Below, piece after piece: positions 1 through 13,000 of a DNA stretch of 28,199 nucleotides (position 1 is its first letter; the number at the start of each line of letters is the position of its first letter). This DNA is from Macrostomum lignano (Eukaryota): the NCBI GenBank assembly GCA_002269645.1, contig NIVC01005031.1, positions 1-28,199 on the forward strand, read 5' to 3'. The notes under the pieces were generated by a model, which saw nothing but the letters and a program-made list of their open reading frames with translations, did no database searches and had not been told where the DNA came from. Position numbers and translations under genes: made by a program.

Positions 1-270
<270 letters not shown>

Positions 271-559
271 TCAGCAACATTTAAAACTGCACCCCAGACA
301 CAGTGCGCCTGGGTCTTGGTGGGTTGAAAGAGTTGAAAGAGTTGAAAGACCTTGCGTTATATCAGTATAGTGAGCTGAAGTCAATTGCTCGGCCAATGCT
401 CTGGCGAGTGCATGGGAGTGCGTGCCTGCGTACAGTATTGGCGCGCTTGCATGCGCTTAGGAGTCAGCAGAATATTTATTCAGGCAGAACAGCCTTCCTT
501 CGAATATTTATTTGTGCGTTTAGGTCGAAGCCCAGCTCGCTGATTTCCTAGCTCGCGAT

Positions 560-1070
560 CTCAACGTTCATTTACTTCCGCATTTACTCGCGCACCAGGT
601 GCACCCCAGTCAGCAGCAGAATACTCGCCAGAGAACGTCAGTTTCGGCGCCTTACAAACTGGCGACATCGGCCATGCTGGCGGCGGCGGCCAGCGTCAGC
701 GCAGCGACTCCGAGACGATGCGCATGCTTGAAGGCATGCTGCTCAGGCCCACAAGGCGGCACACGGCGCATTCTCATCAGCACCTGACGCACTTGTCGAG
801 AGCGACTCTCGAATCGGCGCTGGCGCTATTATCCAGGACAGCTCTTTAGCTCCGGCCACTCAGTCTCTGACTGGGCAGAGCGGTCAGCGCCTGCTGCACA
901 GCGTCAATCACTACTATCAGCAGCACCAGCGGCTGCAGGCCAGGCAGATGCGCTATTCAACTCCTGTCCAGCCGAATTGGCGGCCAAACGCCGATGAGCG
1001 GGCGTCCACGTCGACATGCCGGTGCCGCCGACGCCGCCGTCAAGCGATCGGGGAGACGATTGATTTTTAA
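560..1070 (+). other. GC-rich, coding-like segment; possible broken terminal exon of an unidentified plus-strand gene
   Basis: GC/CpG-rich stretch with low-complexity frames (HAGGGGQRQRSDSETMRMLEG..., HYYQQHQRLQARQ..., MPVPPTPPSSDRETIDF*) followed by AT-rich DNA. No single continuous frame and no recognisable domain. Confidence 0.2.
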
Positions 1071-1194
1071 TAGCAGAACATTTTTGTGGTGCTGCAAAAA
1101 CTGAAGTGTCTATTTGGTACTCTGTTGAAAATTGCAAGAATTTATTTCAAATCATAATAAGATTTGCCTTTTAAAATATTCAAGAAATTTTTCT

Positions 1195-1735
1195 CTAGAT
1201 GCTAATATCGCCTCTAGATTTCTTGAGAAATTCGCCCTCTAGATTTCTATGAGAAATCGCCCTTTAGATTTCTATAAGATATCGCCTTCTAGATTTCAAT
1301 GAGATATCGCCCTCTAGATTTCTATGAGGAATTGCCCTCTAGATTTCTATGAGGAATTGCCTCTAGATTTCTATGAGGAATTGCCCTCTAGATTTCAATG
1401 AGATATCGCCCTCTAGATTTCTATGAGGAATTGCCCTCTAGATTTCTATGAGAAATCGCCCTCTAGATTTCTATGAGGAATTGCCCTCTAGATTTCTATG
1501 AGATATCGCCCTCTAGTTTTCAATGAGATATCGCCCTCTAGATTTCTATGAGATCGCCCTCTAGATTTCTATAAGATATCGCCCTCTAGATTTCTATGAG
1601 ATATCGCCCTCTAGATTTCTATGAGGAATTGCCCTCTAGATTTCTATATGAGATATCGCCCTCTAGATTTCTATGAGATATCGCCCTCTAGATTTCTATG
1701 AGGAATTGCCCTCTAGATTTCTATGAGAAATTTGA
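1195..1735. repeat. 25-bp minisatellite (GAGATATCGCCCTCTAGATTTCTAT / GAGGAATTGCCCTCTAGATTTCTAT), ~21 copies
   Basis: Directly visible tandem units with two interleaved variants. Confidence 0.95.
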
Positions 1736-2569
1736 GAAACACAGCAAATATGAATACTGATAACTTAATTGATTTTTGCTTAAAATTCAGATTCCGATTC
1801 GAATCGCCTTGATTGCCTTGACATTGATTTTCAATATTTTTATTGCTTTACAATCAATAACATACCTGACTTAATTTGATTTTCTGATTTAAAACAGGCG
1901 TGTTGCACATTCCACTCGCCCATTCTACTTTTAGTAGTGCGAGACAATGTTTTATTCAGAATTTTACTGTACCAATTAGTTTTCTTAGGGTCTTGATTTT
2001 GCAAAATCTTTTCTGGCTAAGAAATTTCTTTTTAACCAGCGTTTTATTGATTTCTAGTACTTGGATTAATTCTTTTCAATTTTTATTAGGTCGAATAAAT
2101 AATTAATACTGCCAGCATGCGATATGGAAAATGTCGAGTCTTCCGCATAGAAACTGCTTGTTTGAATATAATTTCATTCATTTAAAATAACAGGTAATTA
2201 ATAAAATAATTTAAGGGGGAGGGTACAAGTGCAATTTGTCTCAGAAAGTTCAACGAGATTCTGTTATGTGACGTGACTAAAACTGCATCAATAGCTAGTC
2301 TGTCTGCACAGCTGCCTAACACAGGTGCAAAAATTATGCGATTCAAATGGATACATTAAAGCAGCATCAATTAAGTGGATAGGTGGATATTCCTGCATCG
2401 CATATCTACAAGAGCTATCTACTAATAATATATTGCACTGTTGAGTAGTCAATTTTTCTAACTACGACTAAACTTTGACTGGTTTTGTTTACTAAATAAT
2501 GGAGCCGCGCTTCTGAAGCTAATGAGAAAGTAATGTTAAGGGTGTACGACCTATTTTTTTAGGGGCAGG

Positions 2570-2905
2570 GGGCTGTGTGCACCCTGGCGCACTTTAAGCG
2601 ACATTGTCACACAACCGGCGAGAGGCATTGCTGCCATTCCGCCGACTCCCCTGAGCAGGCACACAAGCGCGCAGATACGTACGCAGTCATACGCACAGGC
2701 ACACACACACAGGAGTGTACAGCGGCCCTAACTGTATTTATCGTTAGGCATGTACACTTCACTGTGCCTTGGGGGTTGGCCCTCAAGGGCGTTAATTGCA
2801 CGAGCAGAGCCAGGTCGAGATTCCAATTTAGCCCCAAATTAATGTGACTGCACTTGGAATCGAGCCTGGGCCGCTGGCACTTCAGAGCGCCGCGTTCGGC
2901 TACTT
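2570..2905 (-). mobile_element. tRNA-derived SINE, copy A
   Basis: Minus-strand head with A-box-like TAGCCGAACGCGG and B-box-like GGCTCGATTCC (2856-2866). The ~300-bp body is closely matched in inverted orientation by 4115-4438. Confidence 0.75.
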
Positions 2906-3750
2906 AAAAGAGTATTCGGTTCCCTATCTCTGCAGTGTATTTTTTCAGCCAACAGGCCTCATACAGGGACTACAGTAGTCCCTGGCCTCATATAATTAAT
3001 TGGCCTAATTTTGTAAACCAGAATTTACCATAGACAACGGAGAGTGTCATCTCATTGGCTGAGAAAGACTTGCACTTAGCGTGTAGGAACCAATATATAG
3101 TATTTTTTGGCGTCCAATTCAAGAACCGCGGTCTCTACTCTACGCTCTTAAATTCCTTCGAGTGGGTAGATATTTTCATGTATTTGTCTATGGCCTAAAC
3201 CTTATCAGCCTCACTGTTTCGAGTTTGTATTGTATAATCCTTAGGAATTGGACAACGATTCCTTGAATTGGAAGCAAATATAGCATTGTCCAAGCTATTT
3301 AAGACTTGCTTTTCACTGTCTATGGCTCAAAAAGGGGGCTTGGGGAGCAGCCAATTTGAGAATTGAAGTCTGAAATTAATCCTTCTTTTATTTGCTGAAG
3401 CAATGTCTGCAAACAGATGACACACAGATGAAACAATCGTGTAGTGTGTCTCAAAAGCAGTGCTGGACGGATTTTAGTTCAGAGAATCAGGTCGTATTTT
3501 CTGTTGATTATGCTGCAATCGGATTCTGCTCAATCCGGCGCATCTTGAACTGCAATATGGTATTGTATATGGTCCAAGGCTTGCTCAACAAACTGTAGAA
3601 AGAATAAATTGCGCACCTCAAATTCTTAAATAACGCTGCTCAATAGACACCGTTGTTGGGCCATAGACAATAGTAATAGCTAATAGCTTGACTCCCCCAC
3701 TACGGATTGAACAGCTTGAAAAATGCCAAAAATAAAGTGGCCTCCAACGC

Positions 3751-4062
3751 CTACAACGACGACTGCAGCAGTCCGGCCGCCTGTCCGGCCTGTCTGGCCT
3801 GTTCAACGGCGCTCTCGGCCGCCTGTCCGGCTCTGGCCAGCTGATCGGTCTGGCCCCGGATGATCCGGATGTTCCAAGCAAAATTAGCGGCCGCCTTGCC
3901 CGGACTGAGGCAAGGCCGGCAGCCGCCACCAACGCCACCGCAGCCGCCGCGGCCGCCGCACTCCAATCCGTTGTAGCGGCTCATGCAGGCCGCCTCGTGG
4001 ACGCCGAGACGGGACAGCAGGCCGGGGCCTTCCTCAGACAGGCGTCTGGCCTCCGATATCAT
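3751..4062 (-). CDS. PLCL2: PLCL exon 18 (last): MISEARR...[12 protein letters not shown]...LLQSSL*
   Basis: Acceptor ccccgcag at 4063, phase 0; stop TAG 3751-3753; resembles the PLCL tail (ESFAWNITVLKGQ). Confidence 0.85.
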   Translation of the reverse strand: MISEARRLSEEGPGLLSRLGVHEAACMSRYNGLECGGRGGCGGVGGGCRPCLSPGKAAANFAWNIRIIRGQTDQLARAGQAAESAVEQARQAGQAAGLLQSSL

Positions 4063-7000
4063 CTGCGGGGCGGGCGGGAGTTTGGGCTCTTTAATGTGGC
4101 TGTACCTAGGAATACCTAGTAGCCATGGATAACCGAGGGCGCTTTCACGTGCCAGCATCACAGGCTCGATTCCAAGTGCAGTCACATTAAGTTGTGGCTA
4201 AATTGGAATCTCGACCTGGCTCTGCTCGTGCAATTAACGACCAGCTTGAGGGCCAACCCCCAAGGCACAGTGGAGTGTACATGCCTAACGATAAATAAAG
4301 TTAGGGCCGCTGTACACTCCTGTGTGAGTGTGTGCCTGTGCGTATGACTGCGTACGTATCGCGCGCTTGTGTGCCTGCTCAGGGGAGTCGTCGGAACGGC
4401 AGTAATGCCTCTCGCCGGTTGTGTGACAATGTCGCTTAATAGAATTACTGCCTCTAATAATAGTATGTGACCTATGAATATCCTGTGCTAATAGGGAACT
4501 ATATTAAACTACAATCCAAATAAATGAGAAAATGTACATGTTACATCGTATAAATAGTAAGATACTACAAATGTATTCTTTTTGCGATCTAGTTTGCCAA
4601 AACTGCAATCAATTTTGCCCGCGGAAAAATATCACTTATAATTTTGCTGTCTATGCCAAGTCTGCTCAGCCATGACCAGAGTTTCAGCCACAGACAACTC
4701 TTTGAAAACTGCAATCAATTTTGCCAAAACTGCGACCTAGTTTGCCCATAGCAAAGAAAACACCACAGACATACATAGCAAGATCAAAGAATGGCCCAGC
4801 GTGGACCTTTTAACAGGATTTCAGCGAAGGACCGGCAGCGATTGATTCAAGCATATCAGGATGGAGAGGACTGGCAAGATTTCGGTAGGCTGTTGGGCAT
4901 CTCACGAAGAACCGTGACTTACATAGTTGGACAATTCAACGCAACAGGTCGTATAGAGCCTCTGCCTCGCGGAGGTGCCAAGCGGAGGTTCCTTAACAAT
5001 GCTATGATTGAGAGCATTTGTGCCTACGTCTACCATTAAAAACTCGCTGTTTATTGTTCACTGTTACAGTTTATTTCGTCACACTTCCGAATTGATTCTC
5101 AATAAAAATTCTTCTTGGCTTGCTATGGGCAAACTGGGTCGCAGTTTTGGCAAACTAGATCGCAAAAAGGTATATTAATTTGGTGATTGCCCGGAACTTT
5201 CAGCTAATTTTATAAAGTGAAATGTTTGCACACATTAACAACATTGTTAGCAAGCGATCTTTTCGTCAGTACTCTATCTTCAATAACAACAGGTGCCAAA
5301 TAATTTTTAAATAGCAATCTGAGCTCATATAAAAAATAGACAGCGCTCGTCACCTGCTCAAAGGCCGCCAGCCCTTTGCTGACCGAGTCAGGCAGACGCG
5401 GGCCCGCCGCCTCCAGCGGCTCCAGCCTCGGCCAGCCGCCGGCCGCCGTCTCCATGCGAAGGCCGGCGCAGCCAGCGAGGCCGCGAACGCAGCGCTTGAC
5501 TGCGGGACCGCCGCCGCTGCCGCCGCCGCCGCCGCCGGAGAGGCCGCAGACCTCGCGCAGCCGGTTCAACGCCTGGTCGAAGGTGTCTCGCAGTTGGGCA
5601 GCAGCCAGCAGGTCGGCCGCGGCCGCTTTGAACGCCTCGTCAGCTTCTGGTAGGCCAGTCGGCCTCAGGCGAGGACAGTCGTCGCCGCCTCGACGCTGCT
5701 GCTTGGCCGCCTTGCCAGTCAGAGGCCGGCTGGTGCTGCTTATGTGCACGAGCAGACAGCCGTTCGGCAGCGGCTTGCCAGTCTGGCTGAGCAGGCGCAC
5801 CTGCCGGTAGCCTAGATATCAATATCAAAATTTGCAATTCATTTAGTTCAAGAAAAACTAAGCGTACTTCATCGTATAAACCATCTAAGAACTGCTTCTA
5901 GATAAGTTAAGCTTAATTATATTTGCATCGCATTGAAGGTTACAAGTGTATTGAAGTGTTTTGGCGGACCATGTACAACTGAAGTAGAAGGAGGCCTACA
6001 TTAGATTTTCTTAGAAATCTTAGAAAAAATTTCTTTGATTTTCTAGTGAACGCATAGCGGCTGAATGGAGTAATGCCATAGACAAAATCGGTCGAGAAGA
6101 ACCCGATTTCTCGAGAACACGGATTCTATTAGATGGGCAGCTCCAGCCGCCTGGTCGCAGCGTGAAAACCCTGGGGTTTTGGCCATAGACTGTTGTCAAT
6201 TCGCGCCCAGTAAACAATGTGATAGAAGCACATCTTGCGCGTGCAATAATGCCATAGACACTCATGCGCTAACGTGCACTCGCGGAGCGACACAGCTAGG
6301 TAATGTAGAATCTGTGCTCGAGAGCATGCTGAATGCACTACTGCCCCCCGTGGCATCTGCCTCACCTGTCTGCAGGCAGTCCACCGGCACAGTCAGCTGA
6401 CCGATGAACTCGTCGCCAATCGCGTCATCGTCCAGCACCAGGAAGCGCAGCAGGGCGAGCTCCGGCAGGCGGACGCGGAACTCGAAGGCCTCGTCGAACA
6501 CCGGATCGAAGCCGTTGCCGCGCACTGTCCGGGTTCGCTCGGTGGCGCAGTCGCTGGCCAGACCGAACAGCTCGACCTGCGATTGAGGCAGGAGTGAGCA
6601 GTGCGGCTTCTGCTCATTTACTGCCAGGTGTGTCTAATTAATTAGCTGCTTACCCGTCATCATCATGATCCTCTAGTCATGATCCCCTTCCCACAGTTAC
6701 TGTCTGTTACACCTTTCACTCCATCATTTGATGGCAGCTGCCTACCTGTAGGCTCTTCTGTCACTCACACCTTTCTCTCCATCATTAGATGGCAGCTGCC
6801 TACCTGTAGGCTCTTCTGTCACTCACACACACCCTTCACTCCATCATTAGATAAAATCTCCTACAGATTATTTCTACAAGCTACCAAACCAGCTTCCACC
6901 ATTTTCCTGTTATGCATTGATGACACACGAGTCTGGAGCGCCCTGCCGCACCTGTACAAAGGGATCGGTGACGTCACCCTTAGAAACAGAGCCTCTAGGC

Positions 7001-10000
7001 TTGGGCAGCTGGGCTCCGCTGATGACGCGCACTCGTAGCAGCCGCCCGACCGGCAGTGCCAGCAGCGGCAGGCCCTGGCGCATCGATGGCGGCTTCAGCA
7101 CAAATCCGCAGGCGCCGTTGCGCGAGAAATGGCCCCGGTCCAGGTCCAGGATGCGGCCAGTGGTCTGCCGGTTCAGGCACACCAGCTGGCAGCCGCAGCA
7201 CCAGGCGTCGCGCGGGTTCGGGTTGGTCGAATCCACCCTGGCGACGCTGGGTCGCACCTGGAATGATTGGCTTGCTGATGCCATTTATGATGCCTTACAG
7301 TATAGCGCTAGAAGCAGCAGTGCAGAGCTGTCCGTAACTAATTGCCTTTGTTAGTTAGTTTAGCTTTAGGCACTGGTGCAAATTAAGGCACACACAGGCA
7401 CACAACCTGAGCACACACAGGTACACACCCTGAGCACACACAGGCACAAATGTTCAGCGCCCATAACTTCTCCTTAACCTTGTTCTGACCCAGACTTATT
7501 AAGGATACTGTTTCAAATTATTTTACTAACCTGTACAATTCGTTGCCGGCTGATGGTTGCCAACTCGTCCACATCAGCCTGGGCCATGCGCTGGCTCTGC
7601 GACTCGCTGATTGGCCAGACAAACGGATGGGTCGGCCCAGAGGCTGCGGTCCGATCGACAGGGAGTCTGTGCGAAACGAATCTAACCTTACCGAATCTAA
7701 ACCCTACCGAATCTCAAACCTACTGAATCTAAACCCTACCGAATCTTAACTCTACTGAATCTAAACCCTACCGAGTCTAAACCCTAACGAATCTAAACGC
7801 TACCGAATCTAAACCCCTCAAACGAATCTAAACCCCCTGCTGAATCTAAACCCTACCGAATCTTAACCCTACCGAATCTAAACCCTACCGAATCTAAACC
7901 CTACCGAATCTAAACCCCTTACTGAATCGAATCCGTACCGAATCTAAACCCCTCAAATGAATCTAAACCCCCTGCAGAATCTAAACCCTACCGAATCTAA
8001 ACCCCCTGCTGGATCTAAACCCTACCGAATCTAAACCCTACCGAATCTAAACCCTACCGAATCTAAACCCTGAAGCTATTTGTTACATTGAACAGCACAA
8101 TCGCTCACCGCTAGTTGGCAGGTGAGCATCGAACTCCAGACGGCTAACTTCTGGCAAGGTGATCAGATCGGATAGCTCCCTGCTGAGCCTGATTTTCCGA
8201 CCGTGACCGACCTAGCATAATTGATTTGCATCAATTTAGTTGAGATCCCGAAAATTATAGTTCAAATTGCCCAAGTATAGTTGTTGGGGCGCCAAGGTGT
8301 GGGTGTTGGGCGCCAAAGCATGGGCACTGCTCACCGGGAACTCACCCGCTTCTTTGTCTGGTCCCTCCGTACGTCAATTCTCTCATCGTCCTCGCTGATG
8401 TAGCCATAGCCATTACTTTCCTCTCCGCTGTTGCCGCCCCCGTTTTCACCCGTTGCCATAGGCAACGCGCGGCCCTTGATGAGGACTCGGCCGCGCAGGC
8501 CGCTAGGGCTGGCAAAGGCGCCACTTGCCCGAGCCGGCAGCAGGCAGTCGCCCAGCTGATCGCGAAGGTGCTGAGCGAGCGCGGATTGTTGGGCCAGACC
8601 GCAGTGAGTCTCCAAGCCGATGATTAGCGGCATGCTTGAGAGTTTAAGTTGTTTGAGAATCTTTGTGTATGTGCGTTCCAACTGTAGATCTAAGTCTAAT
8701 GTAGGTTTTATTGCCGCGGAACAGTTATGTACGTTTTATTCAAATGTAATGTCGTCCAGTCTACCTTTTAATTTGTGAAGCACGCTTCCTCATTTCAATA
8801 TTTTATAAGTGTACATTCCAATCCACATCTATGTACAGTTTACTGCAATGTATCATACGAGCTACATTCCAGAGAATGTACGCGTCATTCCGGTACACAT
8901 TCAAGAGTCTAATGTACTCGTAAATTTTATTTGAAAGTAAATTCGATTTGTCGGATTTCCATCCTCCAAATCATCCAAGCTCAGTGGCGCTCCGCGGTCT
9001 TCTCTCTGGCTCGGCACTCCGGAAGCTTGGCGCCCTCGACGCTTGCCAGCCCAACGCCTACGCCGAAGCCTGCCGCATCCTCCTGGCCAACTACGCCGAT
9101 GCCCAGGAGCAGAAAAACTTCTCCTTCCGGCGCCTTTTCGCTCTCCACTGCAGCTCCGCCTCCGACCCGGACGAGCTCGAGAATTTCACCGACGCCCTCC
9201 TTCTCACCACCGGCCAGCTACTCCCCCTAGGTGAGCTTGCCTGCACCCTCGACAGCCACGTCTACGCACTCTGGAACCGCCACAAGCCCGCAGCACCGGC
9301 AATCGCCTATCGTCGGGCGCCGTAGTTTAGTTCCACTGCCAGCCAAGAGCCCAGAAGTTCTTGTCCCTATAGTGACGTCAGTCAGCTTCTTATCGGCCCT
9401 AACGTACCCGCACTAGCGCTTTGACCGACTCTAACGGCCAACCTGACGCTCTTCGGCGCCATCCTCAACGGCTGCCTCGACACTACAGCCTCTCATCTCA
9501 ACGGCTTCCTCGGCTCCTCGCAAGTGGTCACTACGAACAATTTCCTTAACAAGAATGGGCTTCACCTCGACCGACTCCTGTACCGCATGTTCAACCTCGA
9601 AGCTCTTGGCATAGCTGGAAAGCCTGACCCCAAGAATGACAGACTTACTGAGCGCCTGCTCGACTCCATTACGCGCGATACTGACGGTCGAATCTCGGTC
9701 GACCTGCCTAAGTCTCCCGGAGCGAGAAGCCTACTACGTAGAGTTCGAAAAGTGAAAGTCGAAGTTTTATAGCGAGTCAACCTCAGACGAGACAGCGGGC
9801 AGATCCTTCACGTCCAACCGCACTTCCCTGTCATCATCAAAAGTGTGCCGAATTCTGTAGCTGCACCCAGACCCAGACAATAACTAATAGAAGAACGAGC
9901 GGTTAGTGGGGAAGGAATCAGAAGAAGAGAAGCAGGGGTGAAGGGCCGCGAGTTGAACCTGTATTTTATACTAAATAGCAAACAGGGTAGCTGAAATGTC

Positions 10001-13000
10001 TGTGGCAAATTAACGGTTGTGATAGTCTGCGGGAAAAGCGTGGTAGACGAAGGGAGTCGGCTAACTCAAAGTACGAGGCTGTATTGCAAAACAGAAAGTA
10101 CAAATATTTGGAGGATGGAAATCCGACACGAATCTATATGGAGTTCACTTCTATGAAATTAGAGTGCGTTTCTAGATATATGGATTGATATTTGTGACTC
10201 ATGCTTTCTCGAGTCATAATTTGTTAAAATCCGTATGTCATATGGTACTTTTATTACTTTAGTTAGTTTTTGATTACTACAAGCGTAGTAAGCTTTTCTA
10301 TTTGTTCTAATAAAGACTATATGAGTAAGACAGTAAATAGGATTTACTCGTAAATGAAAAAGCCCATAAACGCAATTCGTTATTCATGCCGAAGGACAAT
10401 CTATATACGCTCGTACTACTTTAAACGAATATTGAAGCAACTCACCCAGATTCTAAACATCTAAACCCTAGATTGCAGATATTGTTTTAAAAAAGCAAAT
10501 TGAAAAGCTACAGAAATTGAAGACAATCATTCAATAGAATGTACAGATTCAGATGAGGCTCAGCAAACGAAGTCTCTTTCAATTGCAGTGAAGAATAAAT
10601 AAATTTGAATGATGAATACAGCTGGTCCATCTATTGCTCTCTTTTCTTCTTTTTAGTTCAACAATGTTACAAGTGCATTGCACCCATGGTAAAATGGAAA
10701 GTCTATACTTATATTTAAACTCTTTTGTTTAAATTTAAAGCAGCTTTTTTCACTCACGAACTTAAATAGAAAGGACTGGATATGGACTTTGTTTTTTTCT
10801 AATTGACGAAAATAAATCGCATAAGCATACACTAGCTAAGTATTTTCGATAAAGTGAATTTTCCCTATTTTTAAACAAAAACCGGTATACTTACGTCTTA
10901 GATAGTGTATTTCTATTTGTTTATAACTTAATAGCCCTGAATAATTTGGTGTAACCTAATATAATGCATTGAAATAGAACGGTATAATAAGTATAATGTT
11001 TTAACATCATAGTGTTATAATATTTAAAAGATTTATGAGCAATATAACAATCCCAAAGAATCTGAATTAATCCTAGAGATAAGAAATCATCACTCACTCT
11101 GTACCGTGGAAAGCGTACTGTCGAATAGTGCTCAGAGCATCCACAGCCAGAATCTTGCTAGTGAGCGTGCGGCCGTGATACACCACTGGCTGGCCGTCCG
11201 GTCCGTCCCAGATTTCCACTGAAGGCGCACACATGGGTGAGGGGTTGGTTGCTTGGTGATGGGTTAGCTATATAGTGTTGAAAAGGAAGTGAACTAAACT
11301 AATGTTGGACTTTAGGCAGAAGGGTGATAAGCACTGGCGAACACATCAAGGTTATTGGAGCAGTCCCCTAGAGCGTCAAAAGAATATTTTATGGACAACT
11401 GACGTAAGCTAGGGCGCCACACCCAATTTTCTTAGAAATCGCTAGCGCTTTTAATACTCTATCGACCGAATTTGTCTATGGCAAGACCCCATTCAGCGCT
11501 ATGCGTTCTCTAGAGCATACTACAGCGGATGATCCATAATCCTCCGTGTTTGATATTCCACACGAGTCGTTTTATTGAAGTCAGAGTGAGAGGCGAGACA
11601 GAGTTAAAAAGGCCACGCAGCTCCTTTTGAAATTGGATAGGGGTAGCTGGAATTGAAGGATACAGCTAGAGGCTTAAAACAATGTACTTTCAGCTAATCC
11701 CAGTGCCCTCAAGGATCTAAGCACAGCACAAGACAATAAGTGCTGGAAAGTGTACATACATCTGCTCTCACTCACACTCAATATATCGAATTCGGTCTTT
11801 CAGAGCTCGCTCGTAGCACTCGCAGCTGGATTCGCTTCTCAGCTGATCGCCGGTCAGAAATCTGGAAATATTGAAACTGACTAATTTTTGTCCCCACCTG
11901 TCCAGATTCTGGTTTTTAGATGGTGTCTAGAAATAGACGTTTAGATGTGCACCGCAACAGGCAAATGTTTTCTATTTTTAGCTTCAGCTATTTCTGACAT
12001 TCCCAAATTCCCAGATGCAAAACTTGTCAAATCAATTTACATGTTTGCCAATTCCAAAAGAATACCATATCGATAAAAGTAGTTAGATCAATATTCACTG
12101 GAGGGCTGTAGGCCCCCTGGTGCAACGCCTTCCAATGCACAACCAGCGCTGGCTCCTGAGCACACAAGCTCGCCAATACTGTACACAGGCACGCACTCAC
12201 ACACGCTCACACAGGGTGTACAGCAGCCCTGACTGTCTAATCGTCAGGCATGTGCACTCTCTGTGCCGGGAGTCGATGAGAATTCTATCTGGGTTGCTCA
12301 CGTTTTGTGAGAAGCGCTGATGAAGTAGTGCGCTAGAGGCTGATCCATGTCCTGGCAGACTCTGCGATGCTCGGGGTCCATGATGTCGCAGTGGTCAGAC
12401 TGCAGGTAGGCAGTGAAACCTGGTGAGGTTTTTATTACTTTTTAATTAGCTAATTATGAACTAAGACATGCTTTAACAGCTTCTCGATTTATTTTTTACC
12501 AATTAATTCTATCGAAATCCCACGATCGCAGATCTAGTCCCGTTGAAATCCAATAATTACAAATCCAATCCAATCAAAATCCCTTTACCACACCAATAAA
12601 ATCCCATAGAATCCCAGTCCTCATTGAGCACTGTTCTCACTCACCGTCGAGTCCCAGCTGACCGCAGCGCCTGCCCTCGGCAGACGGCTCAAACTGGTTG
12701 ATCAGCTCAGCGCACTGCTCCTTGGTGATTTTCGGATTCTGGGTCAAGGCAATTGGCGGCAAGTCAGGTGACTATTTGCGATGCAAGAACAACAAGTACA
12801 AAATACACCATCTAGCGAAGGGGTCGGCAAATTGTTTTACTTCAAGAGCCGGATAGAGAACCTAGCCCATTACTGCGAGAATGGGGAGGGGAGAGATGAG
12901 AGAGATGAGAGATAGGAGAAAGGAGAGGCGAGGGGCGAGAGGTGAGGCGAAAAGAGAGGAGAGGAGATATGAAACAGGGGAAGAGAGGGGAGAGAAGGGA

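Noticed and set aside
5376-7354. Plus-strand ORFs overlapping exons 15-17
   Set aside because: Antisense shadows of GC3-rich coding exons, with no independent domain signal.
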